DNA from: an uncultured Acidobacteriota bacterium
GTDB lineage: Bacteria; Acidobacteriota; Blastocatellia; RBC074
Assembly: GCA_963796275.1 (NCBI GenBank)
Contig: CAWCKY010000003.1
Span: 1,600,001-1,664,000, forward strand
Direction: 5' to 3'
Length of the DNA: 64,000 nucleotides
Under the pieces are notes generated by a model. The model searched no databases. It was given only the letters and a program-made list of their open reading frames with translations, and was not told the origin of the DNA. This document shows, in pieces, positions 61,788 through 64,000 of this stretch. Position 1 is the first letter of the stretch. Each line of letters opens with the position of its first letter. Both the position numbers and the translations under genes were made by a program.

Positions 61788-64000
61788 TCATCTCAACCCA
61801 TTGGAGATGGCGTTTATCAGCTCACCATTCGCCGTATCGTCTGTGAGGTTCCAGAACATCATTCCTCCCAGTCCCTGCGTCTTAACATAATCTGCCTTGT
61901 TAGTGAGCGAGACCGGATCGTCGAAACTCCAGAACGTCGATCCGTTGAATATCCAATAAGCTTGCGCTTCGGGATGCCGGAAAGCCGGATAACCGAGCTG
62001 CTTGAGATTTTTATACGACCTTACTCCGGGTTCTTCAGGGAAGTCTCCGGGCGCAGGGCCCTGAGCAGGCTGGTTGAGACCATTATTCGCATTGGTCACT
62101 CCGGTCCATCCCCGCCCATAGAAAGGCACAGTCAACAAAATCTTATTCGCAGGGAAGCCTCTTGATCTCCACTGCTGGATGGCAAAGTCGCTGTAATAAT
62201 TGTTGAGCGGAGGAGTCGACGGCATTCCGCCCCAGGCGAATAGCGCGCTTTGAAAGGCGGTCGGGCCGGTTGGATTAAAGCCGCCGAAGAAATCAAAGGT
62301 CATGACGCTGATGAAATCGAGGTGAGGCACGAGCGGAGCGATCACCATTCTCTCGATCTTGTCGATGCCTGCGGCCACGGCAGCCGTGAGTTCATAGCGT
62401 CTACCCGTCTGCGCGCCTTTGACATCCAACTGCCTGCGAAATTCTGCCACCAGCTCGACGAAGTTTTGCGGGTCTTCAGGTCGTGACATGCAGCCGGGTT
62501 GCCCCACACAAATGCCGATCGGGTATTCCCAATCGAGGTCAATGCCATCGAAGACGCCGGCGAGCGCGCCCGGACCGCCAGCATTGTCGACAACAGGCAG
62601 ATCGCCATCGATGAAGACGCGAATGCATTCTGCGACGAATGACTGGCGGTTTTGCGGCAGCGCGGCATCGGAGAATCCGCCCGACCAGGACCAACCTCCG
62701 AGTGAAATCATAACCTTAAGGTGCGGGTACTTGGCCTTGAGTTTCTTGAGCTGGCCCCAGTTGCCGCGCAACGGCGTGTTGAACATGTCGCCGATTCCAT
62801 CAACGCTCTCGCCGGCAGGAGTTGACCTCACGTAATCCGCCCACGCGTCGCCCACTCCTGGTTGCGTAACACCGACCAGGGGCCTGCTGTTCACGATATT
62901 AGCGAATGCATAGTTGATGTGAGTCAGCCTGGTCGCCGAACCACTCGTATCGACATTTTTGACGAAGTATTGACGGCCATAAATTCCCCACTGCGCGAAA
63001 TAACCGACAATCCGCCTTCCTGCCGGTGGAGGCGGGGGTGGTGGCGGATCGTTCGTCGTAGTAGCCATGACCGCGTTGCTGTCGGTTGAGGAATTGCCGG
63101 CGGCGTCTTTCGCTCTTGCGGTGAATGAATAAGTAGTGTTGGCAGAAAGGCCAGAGACCGTAAAGGTTGTTGCCCCTGTCGCCCCAGCCAGGGCCGCGTT
63201 TCTGAACACGTCGTATCCTGTGACACCGATGTTGTCTGTCGATGCGTTCCAGGCGAGCGAGACGCTGGTGGATGTGGTAGCCGTCACCCGCAGGTTTCCC
63301 GGCACCGACGGCGCTTGTGTGTCGCCGCCACCCCCGCCGTCTCCGCCGTCTCCCGTAACCAATGACCATAACGCCGGCGCATTGGGCGGCTCCCAACCCG
63401 TCAGCGATGTGTGGTTCTGCCGGCATTCGTAGACGCTCCCTTGATAGGTGACCCGCGTCCCGATCGTGTAGGGAATATTGGCAGCCCAGAGTGACGGTTG
63501 CGTGCCTCCTCCGCCGCTCTGTGTGGTCGCGCTGATGGCAATGCTGGCGGCCGAGAAATTGCCGGCCGCATCCCTCGCCCTGACGGTGAAGCTGAAGGTG
63601 GTGGCTGATGAAAGACCGGTGGCAGTGAAGGTGGTGGAAGATGTGGCGCCGATGGGAGTGCCGCCGCGCAAGACATCATAGCCCGTGACGGCGACATTAT
63701 CGGAAGAGGGGTTCCAGGCGAGGGAGACGCTCGAGGATGTGGTGGCGGTGACCTGCAGGTTCGCCGGAGCGGATGGGGATTGAGTATCGCCGCCGCCGCC
63801 CCCACCGGAGATATGTAACCATAGAGCGGGCGTGCTGGGAGGCTCCCAGGAGACGATCGAGTTGTGAGCCTGGCGGCACTGGTAGGTGCTGCCCTGGTAG
63901 CTGACCTGAGCTCCGACGGAATACGATGTGTTAGCTGACCAGGCCGGAATCTGCTGTGCCGAGACCGCTATCAACAGAAGACTAACTGCTGTGATGGCAA
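61788..64000 (-). CDS. Secreted GH18 chitinase (ChiA/ChiC-like), CBM5/12-FN3-CBM5/12-FN3-GH18; start outside window
   Basis: VGYFAQWGIYGR, THINYAF, SLGGWSWS, FDGIDLDWEYP, PFYGRGW and LGGMMFW. Confidence 0.94.
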   Translation of the reverse strand, partial: AITAVSLLLIAVSAQQIPAWSANTSYSVGAQVSYQGSTYQCRQAHNSIVSWEPPSTPALWLHISGGGGGGDTQSPSAPANLQVTATTSSSVSLAWNPSSDNVAVTGYDVLRGGTPIGATSSTTFTATGLSSATTFSFTVRARDAAGNFSAASIAISATTQSGGGGTQPSLWAANIPYTIGTRVTYQGSVYECRQNHTSLTGWEPPNAPALWSLVTGDGGDGGGGGDTQAPSVPGNLRVTATTSTSVSLAWNASTDNIGVTGYDVFRNAALAGATGATTFTVSGLSANTTYSFTARAKDAAGNSSTDSNAVMATTTNDPPPPPPPPAGRRIVGYFAQWGIYGRQYFVKNVDTSGSATRLTHINYAFANIVNSRPLVGVTQPGVGDAWADYVRSTPAGESVDGIGDMFNTPLRGNWGQLKKLKAKYPHLKVMISLGGWSWSGGFSDAALPQNRQSFVAECIRVFIDGDLPVVDNAGGPGALAGVFDGIDLDWEYPIGICVGQPGCMSRPEDPQNFVELVAEFRRQLDVKGAQTGRRYELTAAVAAGIDKIERMVIAPLVPHLDFISVMTFDFFGGFNPTGPTAFQSALFAWGGMPSTPPLNNYYSDFAIQQWRSRGFPANKILLTVPFYGRGWTGVTNANNGLNQPAQGPAPGDFPEEPGVRSYKNLKQLGYPAFRHPEAQAYWIFNGSTFWSFDDPVSLTNKADYVKTQGLGGMMFWNLTDDTANGELINAISNGLR

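Overview
Chromosomal bacterial DNA of moderately high GC, probably Acidobacteriota (Blastocatellia-like). This is inferred from two Oar-type TonB-dependent receptors, an acidobacterial VWA protein and the general gene content. Housekeeping genes include rsmI, accD, the mreB-mreC-mreD-mrdA-rodA-rne operon, recD2 and rfbD. Accessory genes include a Tat-exported three-subunit molybdenum hydroxylase (PaoABC/XDH family) followed by three uncharacterised genes, a GH57 branching enzyme with DUF4912, a subclass B3 metallo-beta-lactamase, an S9 peptidase, a bacilliredoxin and two tandem modular GH18 chitinases. No rRNA, tRNA, CRISPR array, integrase or transposase was seen. At least eight genes carry 1-2 nt indels, including rne, which looks like long-read consensus error rather than gene decay. 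Most interesting: (1) the Mo-hydroxylase FAD subunit has lost three of the four PaoB-type [4Fe-4S] cysteines, and the next gene is a 77-aa six-Cys microprotein followed by two exported proteins; (2) intergenic spaces are filled by several distinct palindromic element families (a 7 x 79-bp REP/BIME-like array, heptamer-built inverted repeats, purine/pyrimidine-arm hairpins and a 211-bp MITE-like element); (3) RNase E has a disordered insert of about 430 aa inside its S1 domain; (4) an exported protein has SAM-transferase-like motifs. All calls come from reading motifs by eye; no searches were run.
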